The position numbers and the translations under genes are program-made. Source: Candidatus Latescibacterota bacterium (GTDB lineage Bacteria > Latescibacterota > UBA2968 > UBA8231). Taken from it: 64,000 nucleotides of DNA. The stretch covers positions 2,080,001-2,144,000 of the forward strand of contig OZ252098.1 of assembly GCA_965248355.1 (NCBI GenBank). Reading direction: 5' to 3'. The notes under the pieces are model-generated. The model saw nothing but the letters and a program-made list of their open reading frames with translations. It made no database searches and was not told the DNA's origin. Positions 1 through 10,219 of the stretch are shown piece by piece (position 1 is the first letter of the stretch; every line of letters begins with the position of its first letter).

Positions 1-618
1 CAGGTCGTAAAACGGCAGAGGCCACGGCTTCCACTGGTCGTAGCGGTAGATGGTGTAGTGCTTGTCGAAGTTGCGGAAGGCCGGCCCCATCGATCCGTTG
101 TGGGCGCATTTGATGAGCCTCTTCTCCGGATCGTAGTTGAGGGCCTCCGGATCCTCGTTGAGGTAGAAGCCGGCGTAACGTCTCGCCCTCTCGGCGTTGC
201 GCTCGTTGCCCGGGTCGGCGAGGCAGAGGTTGTAGAAGAAGGCATACCCCTCCCCCTGGTGCATCCAGTCGTACCCCTGCTCGTACTCCTTGACCACCAT
301 CGGGTGTCCGTGCCCGGTGTCGTAGCGGCTGAACTGGCGGGTGATCCCCTCCCAGGCGAGATGGGAGTGCTCGAGCAGGTGGTCCCCTCCTCCCATCAGG
401 TAGAAGAGCGGCCAGTTGTGGAAGCTCTCGTAGGCGTCGTCCAGACCGTCGATGCCGGTGAAGTCTTCCCGGGTGGGCCACATGACCGAGCCGTCGGCGT
501 GGACGTAGCGCTCCATCACGGGGGCGACCGAGTCGTCCATGAGGTCGATGAGGCTGCGCTCGAGCAGGGCCCATTCCGGCGGCTCGACAAAGGGGACGTT
601 GGCTTCGATTCGGGTCAT
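1..618 (-). CDS. Conserved-looking hypothetical protein, 3' part runs off the window (absent from the ORF track)
   Basis: ATG at 618 overlaps the TGA of the upstream gene (ATGA). Open frame MTRIEANVPFVEPPEWALLERSLIDLMDD...DDAYESFHNWPLFY...YDWMHQGEG... with strong GC3 bias up to the window edge. Confidence 0.85.
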   Translation of the reverse strand, partial: MTRIEANVPFVEPPEWALLERSLIDLMDDSVAPVMERYVHADGSVMWPTREDFTGIDGLDDAYESFHNWPLFYLMGGGDHLLEHSHLAWEGITRQFSRYDTGHGHPMVVKEYEQGYDWMHQGEGYAFFYNLCLADPGNERNAERARRYAGFYLNEDPEALNYDPEKRLIKCAHNGSMGPAFRNFDKHYTIYRYDQWKPWPLPFYDL

Positions 619-1898
619 GGGTCATGCGCCGCCTCTTCATGGCGCGCGGCGTAGATCGTGAGCCGGGTCGCTTCACCGATCTGCTCCAGCTCGGGGCGGC
701 GCCCGGACAGGCGCAGGCTGTCCCTCACCAGGTTCAGGAATCCCTCCCCTCTCGCTTCCATGTAGCTGCGGCCTGTGAGGGCGCTCTTGTAGTCGCGCAT
801 GAAGCCCGCCAGAAGCTGATTCCGGCGGACAGGCTGACAGCCCGCGTACAGGTTCTCGATGGTCAGCGTGTTGTAGAGGGCCCCGGGATTCTGGAACTCG
901 ATCCGGTCGGGAAACATGCGGATGATGATCTGGGACCCCGCGATCTCGTAGTCCCGGTGGACGACGGCGTTCACGAGCGCTTCCTGGAGAGCCGTCTCCA
1001 CGTAGCTCGGATAGTCCATGCGGCCCTCTCCGTCCTTCCTGGAAAGGGTCGGAACCAGGGGAGATAGCCGGATATACGACAGGGCTTGGGCGATCTGCTC
1101 CGGCACGGGACCGGCGATCCGTTTGCTGTCCACGGTATTGCCGTCGGGTTCCTCGTGCGCGTAGGCGGCCAGATCGATGCAGGCGCCGTTCATGTGCTGC
1201 TCGGGTTGTTCGGCAAAGAGCAACAGGCCGAGGTGCGTCGGCGTCACCCCCGAGTCCAACTCCACGGCGAGCTTGTGGGACACGAGGGTCGAGCCCCGGT
1301 CCTCGGGCCAGGACCAGTCCGGGAAGCGATCGCGGAAATATCTCTCCAGGCGCACCTCGCTGAGATCGTTCAGATCGCTGCCCACGACCGGGCGTTCCTC
1401 TATGGGATCGGCCAGACGACGAGCACTCAACAGGCGTGCCAGCCGCTCGGGAGGGATGGATTGCCGGTGGCTTCCCAATCGTTGAAGAAAGCGCCCGTCG
1501 CTGGTCTGGTGTACATCGAACCTGGACATGGGGACTTCGATGATGAGACAGAGCTTCGGTACGTCGTCTTCTCCGGGCAGGTACTCCCAGTTCAACGACG
1601 GGACGATCATCGGCTTGCAGTTGTTCAGCGCGACATTGATGACGAACTGCTCCAGGAGATCGCGCTTTTCGGGGTCGATTCCGACGGGCACTCGATCGCT
1701 GTCGCGCACGCCCATCACGACCTCGCCCCCCTTCGTGTTGGCCATGCTGACGAATACCTCGGCGAGCCGGGACGCGGCGCGTCCTTCCTCCCTTGCCAGG
1801 GACACTCTGTCCCCCTGGAAGACGATCTCCTTCAGTTCGGGCTCGGTGTCTTCCCCCGCCCGGATTGAGCTCATGCGTTCTTCTTTGTCAATCGTCAT
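615..1898 (-). CDS. AlbA_2 (Schlafen-like) domain plus HATPase_c_4 (RecG C-terminal-like) protein
   Basis: N-terminal GED..ELKE and 'SMANTKGGEVVMGVRD'; C-terminal 'ALQEALVNAVVHRDY...FPDRIEFQNPG...RNQLLA...MEARGEG'. Confidence 0.85.
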   Translation of the reverse strand: MTIDKEERMSSIRAGEDTEPELKEIVFQGDRVSLAREEGRAASRLAEVFVSMANTKGGEVVMGVRDSDRVPVGIDPEKRDLLEQFVINVALNNCKPMIVPSLNWEYLPGEDDVPKLCLIIEVPMSRFDVHQTSDGRFLQRLGSHRQSIPPERLARLLSARRLADPIEERPVVGSDLNDLSEVRLERYFRDRFPDWSWPEDRGSTLVSHKLAVELDSGVTPTHLGLLLFAEQPEQHMNGACIDLAAYAHEEPDGNTVDSKRIAGPVPEQIAQALSYIRLSPLVPTLSRKDGEGRMDYPSYVETALQEALVNAVVHRDYEIAGSQIIIRMFPDRIEFQNPGALYNTLTIENLYAGCQPVRRNQLLAGFMRDYKSALTGRSYMEARGEGFLNLVRDSLRLSGRRPELEQIGEATRLTIYAARHEEAAHDP

Positions 1899-2019
1899 CG
1901 TCGCCTCGCTCCGTGCCCGGCCGCCTCTGCGAGCGTCTCCGGCAGGACTCCACCGTCCGGCGGCTGGCCTTTCCCGTCGAATATACAGGTAGCGCCTGCC
2001 GTCGGAACGTCCACAATGG

Positions 2020-2505
2020 CGGTGGCCGTCGCCAGCCCGCCGACCATGGGAGCCGCGATCGCTTCATCACCTGCGACCCGGTGCCCGTGGCCCACATGAT
2101 CGGCAGCAGGCCGCCCACGGTCATGAAGATCTGCCGCACCCGCCTCGAGGCCCCCTCGACGATGGCGGCGGCGAGGTCTCCGGGGCTTTCGAGCCGGCCC
2201 TCCCTGCGGCGGCACTCGAGGGCCTGGTCGAGGTAGGTGAGCATGACCACCCCCAACTCGGCGCTGACCCCGGCGAGGGCGTTGCACCCCACGCCCTCGT
2301 CGTCGCCAGCTCCCCCGACCAGCGCGAAAGGCAGCGTCAACATCACAATGTGGCTTTCCACGACGCTGCGGAAGTGGAGGAAGAGGAGCAGGAAGATGAA
2401 TGGCCAAGGTCACCGGGACGACGAGACTATTCGTACTGCCCGCTCCAGATCAGGCTGGACCCCTGGGCAGGTCGATCGCCTCGCCCACGATCTTCCGGGC
2501 GCGCT
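2020..2505 (-). pseudogene. Degenerate duplicate of the cusA 3' end
   Basis: Aligns by eye to about 16000-16554 (e.g. AGVSAELGVVMLTYLDQALE, GRLESPGDLA, GGLLPIMWA, APMVGGLATAT), with deletions and frameshifts. Confidence 0.92.
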
Positions 2506-2511
2506 GTTCCC

Positions 2512-5500
2512 CTACCGAATCAGCGCCAGCTTTCCGACCCGGACCTGGTCACCGGCGACGAGGCGGTAGAGATACAGCCCCGAGGCGACGGGACGGTCCG
2601 CCCGGTCGGTGCCGAACCAGACGCGTTCGTGGAGCCCGGCGGTCAGGACCTGGCCATGGATCAACTCGACTACTCGTTGACCAGCCGTATTGTGAATGGT
2701 CAGGGTCACCGGCGCGGCGGCCGTCAACTGGAAGCGCAGGGTGGTTTCCGGGTTGAACGGGTTCGGCCCGGGGCGCACCGCCAGCGAGTCGGCTCCTGCC
2801 AGCCAGCTGGCCTCCGGCCCCTCGGCCACGGGCTTGGCGAAGATCACCACGTCGTCTTCGCCGGGTTCGGGGACCTCGCCCTCGGGCATCAGCTCGTCCT
2901 CGGTCTCTTCGTGCTCACCCCGGGCCCCTCGGCTGCCGCCGGGACCCAGGGCCGACGCCGAGATCTGGGCGGTGGTGCCGTAGCCGACATCGTTGCGGGC
3001 CCGCACCTGGAAGACGTACGGGGAGCCGTCGCCGAAGTTGGTCCAGCTCTTGCTGCGCGCGTCCGCCCCGCCGGTGCGGCGATACCAGCCGCGCCAGTCC
3101 TCGTCCCCGGTCTTCTTGTAGCGATAGTAGTAGTGCAGGATGGACGCGCCGTTGGAATCGGCCGTCTCCCAGGTCAGCTCCATGAACCCGTTTCCGCCCT
3201 GCCGGTCCGTGGCCAGGCTCTGCGGCGCCCCCGGGGGGCCGGCCGGGGTGACGCTGGTCGAAGCCGCCGGGCCCTCGCCGACCCCGTTCTCGGCCAGCAC
3301 CTCGAAAGTGTACGGGGTGCCGTTGGTCAGGTTTGTCATGAGCTTGGACCGGGCCCCGTGCCCGCCGCGGACGGTGGACCACGAGGACCAGGGCTCCGTG
3401 CCTTCCTGCCGGCGGATCTCGTAGTGCAGGATGTGGGAGCCGTTGGAATCGGCCGCCGACCAGGACACCGTCGTCCGGCGGCTGCCGCGCGGGGCCTCCA
3501 GGCTCTTCGGGGCCGACGGCCGGCCGGCGGGCTTGGCCCGCTCGCTGTCGCTCGGGCCGAAGCCGGCGCTGTTGTGGGCGCGCACGTAGAAAGTGTAGGT
3601 CGTGCCGTTGGTCAGGCCGGTCACCGTCTTGGTGCGGTCCGTGCCGGTCGACGCCCAACTGGTGCCGATGCGGCGCCACTGGTAGTAGTCGATGGTCGCG
3701 CCGTTGTGGCGCGGCTGGGTCCACGACAGACTCACCTGGTCGGCGCCGGGCGTCGCCGTCAGCGACGGCGCCCCCGGAGGGGCGGCCTGGACCGTCCCGG
3801 ACGTGCCGGCCGCGCCCTTGCCGGGACCGTGGGCATCGTCGTAGGAGACCGTCGCCCGCAGACGCCGGCCCGCGTCCTCGCTCTGCACCGTGTACCGCTG
3901 GCTGGTCGCGTCGGGGCGGTCGTCCGTGCTGCGAGTCGCGTAGCCCCACCCCCATTGGTCGCCGGTCACGCCCCCGTCCGGGTCGCGCAGCTCGGCGGTG
4001 ATGTGGTCGCCCACCGTGGGCGTGGGGTCCGACAGGGTCACGACGCCGGGCTCGTCCACGTTGGTCAGGGTGACCGTGGTGGAAACCGAGTGCTGGAGGC
4101 CGCCGGTGGGCCGGTCGCGGACCCCCACCCGGACCGAGTACGTCCGGCGCGTCTCGTAGTCAGGCTCTTCGAGGAACTCCAGTTGCCGCGTGTGGCCCGA
4201 TCCGGTGAGCTTGAAAGAGCCGGCCTGGGCGCCGCTGCGGCTGAAGCGCAGCGCGTCGCTGTCCGGATCGCGGCCCGTGTAGGTGCCCACCACCCACGGC
4301 GAGGAACCGCCTTCGGGCAGGGTCTTGGTCGACGGGCCGGTCACCGTCGGGGCTTCGTTCACGTCGGTCACCCGCACCGTCACTGCCACGGTCGCCGAAT
4401 CCGCCAGCGCGTGGGTGTCCTTGACCTTCACCGTCACCCGGTAGGGCGTGCGCCGGGCCTCGTAGTTCGGCGCGCTCTGGAAACGCAACGCCCGGCTCGA
4501 CCCCGACCCCTGCAACCGGAAAACGCCCGCATCCGCCCCCGCCCGCGACCACCTCAGCGCGTCCCCGTCCGGGTCGCTCGCTCGGTACGTAGCCACGGTG
4601 CCGGTGCCGTTCTCGGCGAAGGTCGTATCGCTCGGTCCCGACAGCGTCGGCACCCGGTTGGCGGTGTAAGCGCTGCGCGGGATCGACCAGGCCCCGTCCC
4701 CCTCTTCGTTCTCGGCCCGCACCCGCACGAAATACTGCGTGTGGGAGGCCAGCCCGGTCAGCGTCGTGCTCCGCGCCCCGGCGGGGTGTTCCTGATAGTA
4801 GCGCCAGGAAGCCTGGAGGCCGCTCTTGCAGTGGCCCCGGCACCACTCCACCCGGTACCCGTTGATCTCCGGCCGCCCCTCGTTGTCCGGCGCTTGCCAG
4901 CTCACGTTCAGCCGCTCATGCCCAGCCGTGGTCGGCACCGTCACCGGCGCCAACACCGGCGCCAACGGCGGCTCGTCCACGTCCGTCACCCGCACCGTCA
5001 CCCGCAGCGTGTCCGCCAGCGACTCCGGGTCCGTCCCCACCACGCCCACCGCGTACGTCCGGCGCGCCTCGTAGTCGGGGGCTTGCCGGAAGTGCAGGGC
5101 CTGCTTCGACGCCACCGGCCGGGCCAACTCCCGCAGATCGAAGGCCGCCGTGTCGGCGCCTGACAGGGACCACTCCAGCGCGTCCCGGTCCGGGTCGGTC
5201 GCCGTGTACGTCGCCACCGGGCCGGTGCCGTTCTCGGCCAAGGGGGGATGGCTCGGCCCGCTGACCGTCGGCCGGCGGTTCGGCGAAACCGGCGTCTCCC
5301 TCACACGGGCCGCCGGGCCGTAGCCCTCGACATTGTGGGCCCGGAGGTGAAAGGTGTACTCCCTGCCGTTGATCAGACCCGTCACCGTCGTGCTCCGGGC
5401 GGCGCCCCCGCCGGCGACCTCCGTCGTGTCCCCGGACCCGCTCCAATACTCGTAGCGGTCGATGGCCGAGCCGCTGTCGTCGGCCGCCTCCCAGGTCAGA

Positions 5501-6969
5501 GTCGCCTGGCGGTCCCCCGGGTCCGCCGACAGCTCCTTCGGCGGACCCGGCGCCACCCCCCGCACCGGCCGAGCCGACTGCCCCGTGGCCGTCTTGCCCG
5601 GGCCGTGGGCGTCGTCGTAGGTCACCGTCACCGACAGCCGCTGCCCCGCGTCCGACGGCCGCGGGGGGTACCGCGGGTTGTTCGCCGACAGGAGCACGGT
5701 CGGGACATCCCGGGGCCCCCGGGTCCCGTCCTCCGTGACGTGGCTCCACCGCCACGTTTTCTCCGTGTTGTCGGCGAGGCCGTCTTCGTCGACCAGCTGC
5801 GCGGTCACGGTCCGGTTCACCCGAGGCGGCGACGGCGTGAGCGTCACCCGGCCCGGATCGTCGATGTTGCCGATCGTCACCACCAGCGCCCGCGGCGACG
5901 ACCAGAGGGTCCCCACCCGGGCCCGCACCTGCACCTCGTGATCGTGATCCAGGTCCTGGTCGGTGGGGTTTTCATGGTCCGGCGCCCGGTGCTTGAAAGA
6001 CACCTGCCCCGACGCGTTGATCTGCAGTGTATCCCGCCGGGTCTGAGAATCCGCGCCGCGGATCTCCCAATCGCCCGCCGTCACCATCGCGCCGTTGCAG
6101 TCGATGGCCGCAAAGGTGGCGATCACACTGTCCGCCGGCGCCCGCTCCCGCACAAAGACACTGTCCGGCCCCCCCACCATCGTCGCGCACACCTCGGGCG
6201 TCGCCGGCCGGGTGCGCACGAGCCCGTCGCCGGCCGCGTTGTGCGCCCGCACCTCGAAGGTGTAGGGCAGGCCGTTGGTCAGGCCCGTCACCGTCGTGTC
6301 GCGGGCCGTGGGATCCTCCGGCGGCACCTTCGTCCACGCCGACGGTTCCCCACCCTGCGGTGTATACCGGCTCTGGTAATACTCGATCGGGGCCCCTCGG
6401 GCCGCCGCCGCCGCCCACGTCAACCTCACCTGCCGGTCCCCCGCCGCCGCCTGAAGATTCGCCACCGTGTCCGGCACGTCGATCGTGAGCCCCGTCGAGT
6501 CGAGGGCCGTCTGCCCCGGACCGTGGGCGTCGGTGTACGTCACGAGGGCCCGCAGACGGTGATGCAGGTCGCCGGACCCCGGCGTGTACGCGGCCTCGTC
6601 GGCGTCGATGGGCTGCCAGGCATCGCCGGCACGAGGCTTCTTGTGCCATTGCCACGCCAAGGCCGACACCGGCCCGTCCGGATCCCGCAGCGTCGCCGCC
6701 AGACGCCCGCCTACCCTTGGCCACGGTCGATCCGATCCCGGGTCCGGCGACAGCGTGACCGTGCCGTCTTCGTTGACATCGGTCACCGTCACCGTCGTCC
6801 GCTGCGTCGCGGTGGCAAACTCACTACCAGAGCTCTGCACACCTTTGATCGTTACGACATAGGTGGTATCATGGGCTGAACTCTCGTAGTCCGGCGGATT
6901 CCTGAACCCCAGGCGGACAGTCCGGCCGCTGCCGGTGACCGTGAAATAACCGTCATCCTCTCCCTCCAC
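2512..6969 (-). CDS. C-terminal fragment of the giant protein: cadherin-like and FN3 repeats with an FlgD-Ig/T9SS-type C-terminal sorting domain
   Basis: FN3 motifs (GLTNG..YTFEVRAHN..G), cadherin motifs (PDYE, VTDVNE, ATDPD) and C-terminal 'PNPFNPETTLRF...VASGLYLYRL...GKLALIR'. Confidence 0.9.
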   Translation of the reverse strand: MEGEDDGYFTVTGSGRTVRLGFRNPPDYESSAHDTTYVVTIKGVQSSGSEFATATQRTTVTVTDVNEDGTVTLSPDPGSDRPWPRVGGRLAATLRDPDGPVSALAWQWHKKPRAGDAWQPIDADEAAYTPGSGDLHHRLRALVTYTDAHGPGQTALDSTGLTIDVPDTVANLQAAAGDRQVRLTWAAAAARGAPIEYYQSRYTPQGGEPSAWTKVPPEDPTARDTTVTGLTNGLPYTFEVRAHNAAGDGLVRTRPATPEVCATMVGGPDSVFVRERAPADSVIATFAAIDCNGAMVTAGDWEIRGADSQTRRDTLQINASGQVSFKHRAPDHENPTDQDLDHDHEVQVRARVGTLWSSPRALVVTIGNIDDPGRVTLTPSPPRVNRTVTAQLVDEDGLADNTEKTWRWSHVTEDGTRGPRDVPTVLLSANNPRYPPRPSDAGQRLSVTVTYDDAHGPGKTATGQSARPVRGVAPGPPKELSADPGDRQATLTWEAADDSGSAIDRYEYWSGSGDTTEVAGGGAARSTTVTGLINGREYTFHLRAHNVEGYGPAARVRETPVSPNRRPTVSGPSHPPLAENGTGPVATYTATDPDRDALEWSLSGADTAAFDLRELARPVASKQALHFRQAPDYEARRTYAVGVVGTDPESLADTLRVTVRVTDVDEPPLAPVLAPVTVPTTAGHERLNVSWQAPDNEGRPEINGYRVEWCRGHCKSGLQASWRYYQEHPAGARSTTLTGLASHTQYFVRVRAENEEGDGAWSIPRSAYTANRVPTLSGPSDTTFAENGTGTVATYRASDPDGDALRWSRAGADAGVFRLQGSGSSRALRFQSAPNYEARRTPYRVTVKVKDTHALADSATVAVTVRVTDVNEAPTVTGPSTKTLPEGGSSPWVVGTYTGRDPDSDALRFSRSGAQAGSFKLTGSGHTRQLEFLEEPDYETRRTYSVRVGVRDRPTGGLQHSVSTTVTLTNVDEPGVVTLSDPTPTVGDHITAELRDPDGGVTGDQWGWGYATRSTDDRPDATSQRYTVQSEDAGRRLRATVSYDDAHGPGKGAAGTSGTVQAAPPGAPSLTATPGADQVSLSWTQPRHNGATIDYYQWRRIGTSWASTGTDRTKTVTGLTNGTTYTFYVRAHNSAGFGPSDSERAKPAGRPSAPKSLEAPRGSRRTTVSWSAADSNGSHILHYEIRRQEGTEPWSSWSTVRGGHGARSKLMTNLTNGTPYTFEVLAENGVGEGPAASTSVTPAGPPGAPQSLATDRQGGNGFMELTWETADSNGASILHYYYRYKKTGDEDWRGWYRRTGGADARSKSWTNFGDGSPYVFQVRARNDVGYGTTAQISASALGPGGSRGARGEHEETEDELMPEGEVPEPGEDDVVIFAKPVAEGPEASWLAGADSLAVRPGPNPFNPETTLRFQLTAAAPVTLTIHNTAGQRVVELIHGQVLTAGLHERVWFGTDRADRPVASGLYLYRLVAGDQVRVGKLALIR

Positions 6970-6987
6970 ATCCTCCGCGCTCCACGC

Positions 6988-7364
6988 TCAGGTGTAAGAC
7001 CCCCTTGCGGGCAACTCCTCGCGCGGACCATAGGTCCCCACTTCCCGCTGGTGCTCCTCCACCCGGATCGTCGACGGCAACGTCAGGCCCCCGTAGTGCA
7101 GGACCTGAGTGTTCGAGCCCAAGCGAACGTTGCCCCCTTCGCCATGGAGGCAACGCTGGCCATGGGACAAGGTCGCTCCCGTCAGCAGCACCGTGCCCTT
7201 CAAATACCTACCCGCCTGCAGCACGCGAATCCCGTGCCAGGCCGCCGTCTGTGTCGGGGATACCGGCTTGAAGACATCGCTCGAGCCGTACAGATTCGCT
7301 TCCGGCCCCACGACGATTTCCACCAGGTTGGGGTGGGATTGAAACACAACATCGTCCGGCTTCC
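6988..7364 (-). pseudogene. Internal fragment of the giant gene between the IS3 and the in-frame TGA
   Basis: KPDDVVFQSHPNLVEI...WHGIRV...SYT*; in frame with both neighbouring fragments. Confidence 0.8.
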
Positions 7365-7441
7365 GGTAGTGTACCCCAAATCCTGGACAGGTGGCTAAGC
7401 GAGACTTTGCGTCCACCGACCCACTGTCCGGAGGGGCTTGG

Positions 7442-7735
7442 ATGACGAGGAAACGCAAGACGCATTCGGCGCAGTTCAAAGCCAAGGTGGCCTTGGAGGC
7501 TCTGCGCGAACGGCAGACGGTCAACGAGCTGGCCCACAAGTTCTCCGTCCACCCCAGCCAGATCCACGGCTGGAAGAAGCAGTTGCTGGAGCGGCTGCCC
7601 GAGGTCTTCCGGGGCCCCGGGACCCGCCGGGCCGACGACGAGGCCGCCTTGGTGCCCGAGCTCTACCAGCAGATCGGGCGGCTGCAGATGGAACTGGAGT
7701 GGCTTCAAAAAAAACACGAGGCTCTCGGTGGCTGA
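7442..7735 (+). CDS. IS3 transposase OrfA (HTH)
   Basis: [41 protein letters not shown]...[19 protein letters not shown]8 run at 7707-7714. Confidence 0.93.
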   Translation: MTRKRKTHSAQFKAKVALEALRERQTVNELAHKFSVHPSQIHGWKKQLLERLPEVFRGPGTRRADDEAALVPELYQQIGRLQMELEWLQKKHEALGG

Positions 7736-8555
7736 GCGCCGCGCCCTCATCGAGCCGCACCCCGGCCCGCTGAGCGTGCATCGGCAGTGCCAACTGCTCG
7801 GGCTGGCCCGCTCCAGTTTCTACTACCGCCCGGAGGCGCCGGATCGGCTCACCCTCGACCTGATGAACGCCATCGACCGGATCTACACCGAGCACCCGGT
7901 CTACGGCGTGCGCCGGATCTGCGCGGCCCTGAGGCGGGACGGCTACCCGGTCAATCCCAAGCGCGTGCACCGCCTGATGAAGGCCCTGGGCCTGCAGGCG
8001 ATCTATCCCCGGCCGCGACCGACTACCCCCAACCCTCAGCACCGGGTCTATCCGTATCTGCTGCGAGGGGTGACCGTGAACCGGCCGGACCAGGTGTGGT
8101 GCAGCGACATCACCTATCTGCCGATGCCCTCCGGCTTCGTCTACCTGGTGGCGGTCATGGACTGGTTCAGCCGCTACGTGCTGGCCTGGCGGGTCTCCAA
8201 CACCCTCGACGCGGCCTTCTGCCTGGAGGCCCTGGAGGAAGCCCTGAGCCAGGGGCGGCCGGAGATCTTCAACACCGACCAGGGGGCCCAGTTCACCAGC
8301 ACCGCCTTCACCGGGCGGGTCGAGGCGGCCGGGGCCCGGGTGAGCATGGACGGCCGCGGCCGGGTGCTGGACAACATCTTCATCGAGCGGCTGTGGCGCT
8401 CCCTGAAGTACGAGGACATCTACCTGAAGGCCTACGACAGCGTCCCCGAGTTGATCGAGGGCGTGGCGGCCTACTTCCGCTTCTACAACCTCGAGCGGCC
8501 GCACCAGGCCTTCGACTACGAGACCCCCAGCGATGTCTACCACCGGGCGGCCTGA
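7728..8555 (+). CDS. IS3 transposase OrfB (rve/DDE integrase core)
   Basis: [50 protein letters not shown]. Confidence 0.95.
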   Translation: MAERRALIEPHPGPLSVHRQCQLLGLARSSFYYRPEAPDRLTLDLMNAIDRIYTEHPVYGVRRICAALRRDGYPVNPKRVHRLMKALGLQAIYPRPRPTTPNPQHRVYPYLLRGVTVNRPDQVWCSDITYLPMPSGFVYLVAVMDWFSRYVLAWRVSNTLDAAFCLEALEEALSQGRPEIFNTDQGAQFTSTAFTGRVEAAGARVSMDGRGRVLDNIFIERLWRSLKYEDIYLKAYDSVPELIEGVAAYFRFYNLERPHQAFDYETPSDVYHRAA

Positions 8556-8712
8556 GCGCGGGGGCTCCTCACGGCCTCGGTGGCCCGGCCTGGGTGCAAG
8601 TCCGGGAGGCGGGGCTTCGGTCCCAGCGCCGGGGCGCAGTACGGCTCCATTACATCTCGAGACTCTCGCTTGTACAAGCCCAATTCCTGTCCAGTTGACG
8701 GGGTACACTTCC

Positions 8713-10219
8713 TCCACCCGGCCACGTCGTACTCATCCGCGTTGTTCTGAATCCGCACCGTCACCGCATCGTCGGGGGAACTCTTGCGGTGCAGGCGCAG
8801 AACCGCCTGTCGTTGCACCCGCTCGAAGTCCCCCACCAACAGATCCCCCCGCAAGGTCAGGCTCCCGCTCGGATCGGCGTACAGGTAGTGAGTGCCGCTC
8901 TCGATCTTCAACCCGTCGAGAGTGGCCGTGCCCCCGGATTGCACCTGCAACCCATGTTCCGTCGCCGTGCCGGCCGACCGGAAGATCACCCCGCCGCCGA
9001 TGTGGAGGGTGCCCAGGTTGGCGGCAATCAGCTCCGAGTACACGTCCCCACTCGATGCCTCCGGAGCCAGGAAGTGCACCGCCGCACCCGCCGCAATCGT
9101 CAGGTTTCCGCCAATCGTCACGTCGCCGCCCACATATACCGTGTCCGACCAGCTCTCCGTCCCCGTGATCGAGCCCGACCACGCCGGCGTCGCCGTCACC
9201 CGCGAAGAGTCGCCGGTTCCCACGGCGTTGACCGCCCGCACCTCGAAGGTGTATTCCGTGCCGGTGCGCAGGCTCTCCAGCGTGTGGCTCGTGGTCGTCG
9301 AATCGCTGCCCGCAATCGCCCCCCAGTCCGGCACCCAGGTCGTGCCCCCGTCGGTACTGTGCCGGTACTGATACCCCGTCAGGGGGGAGCCGTTGTCCGG
9401 CGCCCGGGTCCAATCCAACGTCACCCAATCGCCGGCCGTGGACGCCGACAGATCCCCCGGGGCCTCCGGCACGCCGGCGGGCGTGGCCTGCCGGGTGAAT
9501 GAGGCGACCGCTGCCCGATAGTCCGTCGCCGCGGTCTCGTAGACCCCCTGCACCTGGAACCGGTAGGCCACCCCGTTCGTCAAGGCCGGCACCGTGCAGG
9601 AGGCCGTCGACGAGTCGCTGCCGGCCACGTCCTGCCAGGCCTCCCACCCCCCGTCGTACGGGTTCAGCCGGTACTGCCACTCCTCGACGAGGTCGTTGCC
9701 CGGGTTGTCCCACTCCAGCGTCACCTGCTCATCGCCCCTTCGCGCCCGCAACGGCACCACCGCCACCGAGTCCGAGGCCTCACCCGGCACGTCGTCCGCG
9801 TTGACCAGGCGCACCCGGATCTGGTGGATCATCGAGCTGTCCAGGTTCGATACGCCGTACGTGCTCAGAATCGACCGGCTGTCGTCCACCGCCCCCACCC
9901 GGTTCGAGAATGTGATCGGGCTCGACACCGGCTGCCTCGGCCCGCTTGTCCCCGAGGCCCCGGACCGCACGGCCCCCCACGCATTCCACACCCCGCTTCC
10001 CGATTTCGCTTGATATTGGAAAGCATCGAACTGAGGCAAATTGCTGGTGGAAAGAACCGCCAGCCCCTCAGCCCCCGCCTCGCACACCGGCTCAAAGCAG
10101 TCGACAGTGATCTCGAACTCATCAGACGAAGCCACGGGCTTGCCCGCGGATCGAACGCCCATCCCCGCCAACTGGGGCGCCAGAGGACTGACACCGTTCG
10201 GAGGGAAGGTCCGTGACAA
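8713..10219 (-). pseudogene. Internal fragment of the giant gene (FN3 repeats and beta-helix-cap modules)
   Basis: LTNGVAYRFQV, DNGSPLTGYQY, EYTFEVRAVNAVG; SGSITGTESWSDTVYVGGDVTI. Confidence 0.82.

Larger units (their letters stand above)
7365..8712 (+). mobile_element. IS3-family insertion sequence
   Basis: Terminal IRs GGTAGTGTACCCCAAATCCTGGACAGG and (reverse complement) GGAAGTGTACCCCGTCAACTGGACAGG; 3-bp target duplication TCC (7362-7364, 8713-8715); orfA/orfB inside. Confidence 0.92.

Noticed and set aside
2020..2505. cusA duplicate as a DGR template/variable repeat pair
   Set aside because: Differences are not adenine-specific, include deletions and frameshifts, and there is no reverse transcriptase in the window.
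2512..6969. Recurrent DNA motifs as a CRISPR or other non-coding array
   Set aside because: They are diverged protein-domain repeats (FN3/cadherin, YDDAHGPG) at irregular long spacing; no cas genes are present.
6988..6990. In-frame TGA as selenocysteine or programmed readthrough
   Set aside because: The context (SYT*AWS) fits a Trp position, no SECIS-like element was recognised, and the gene has three other inactivating lesions.
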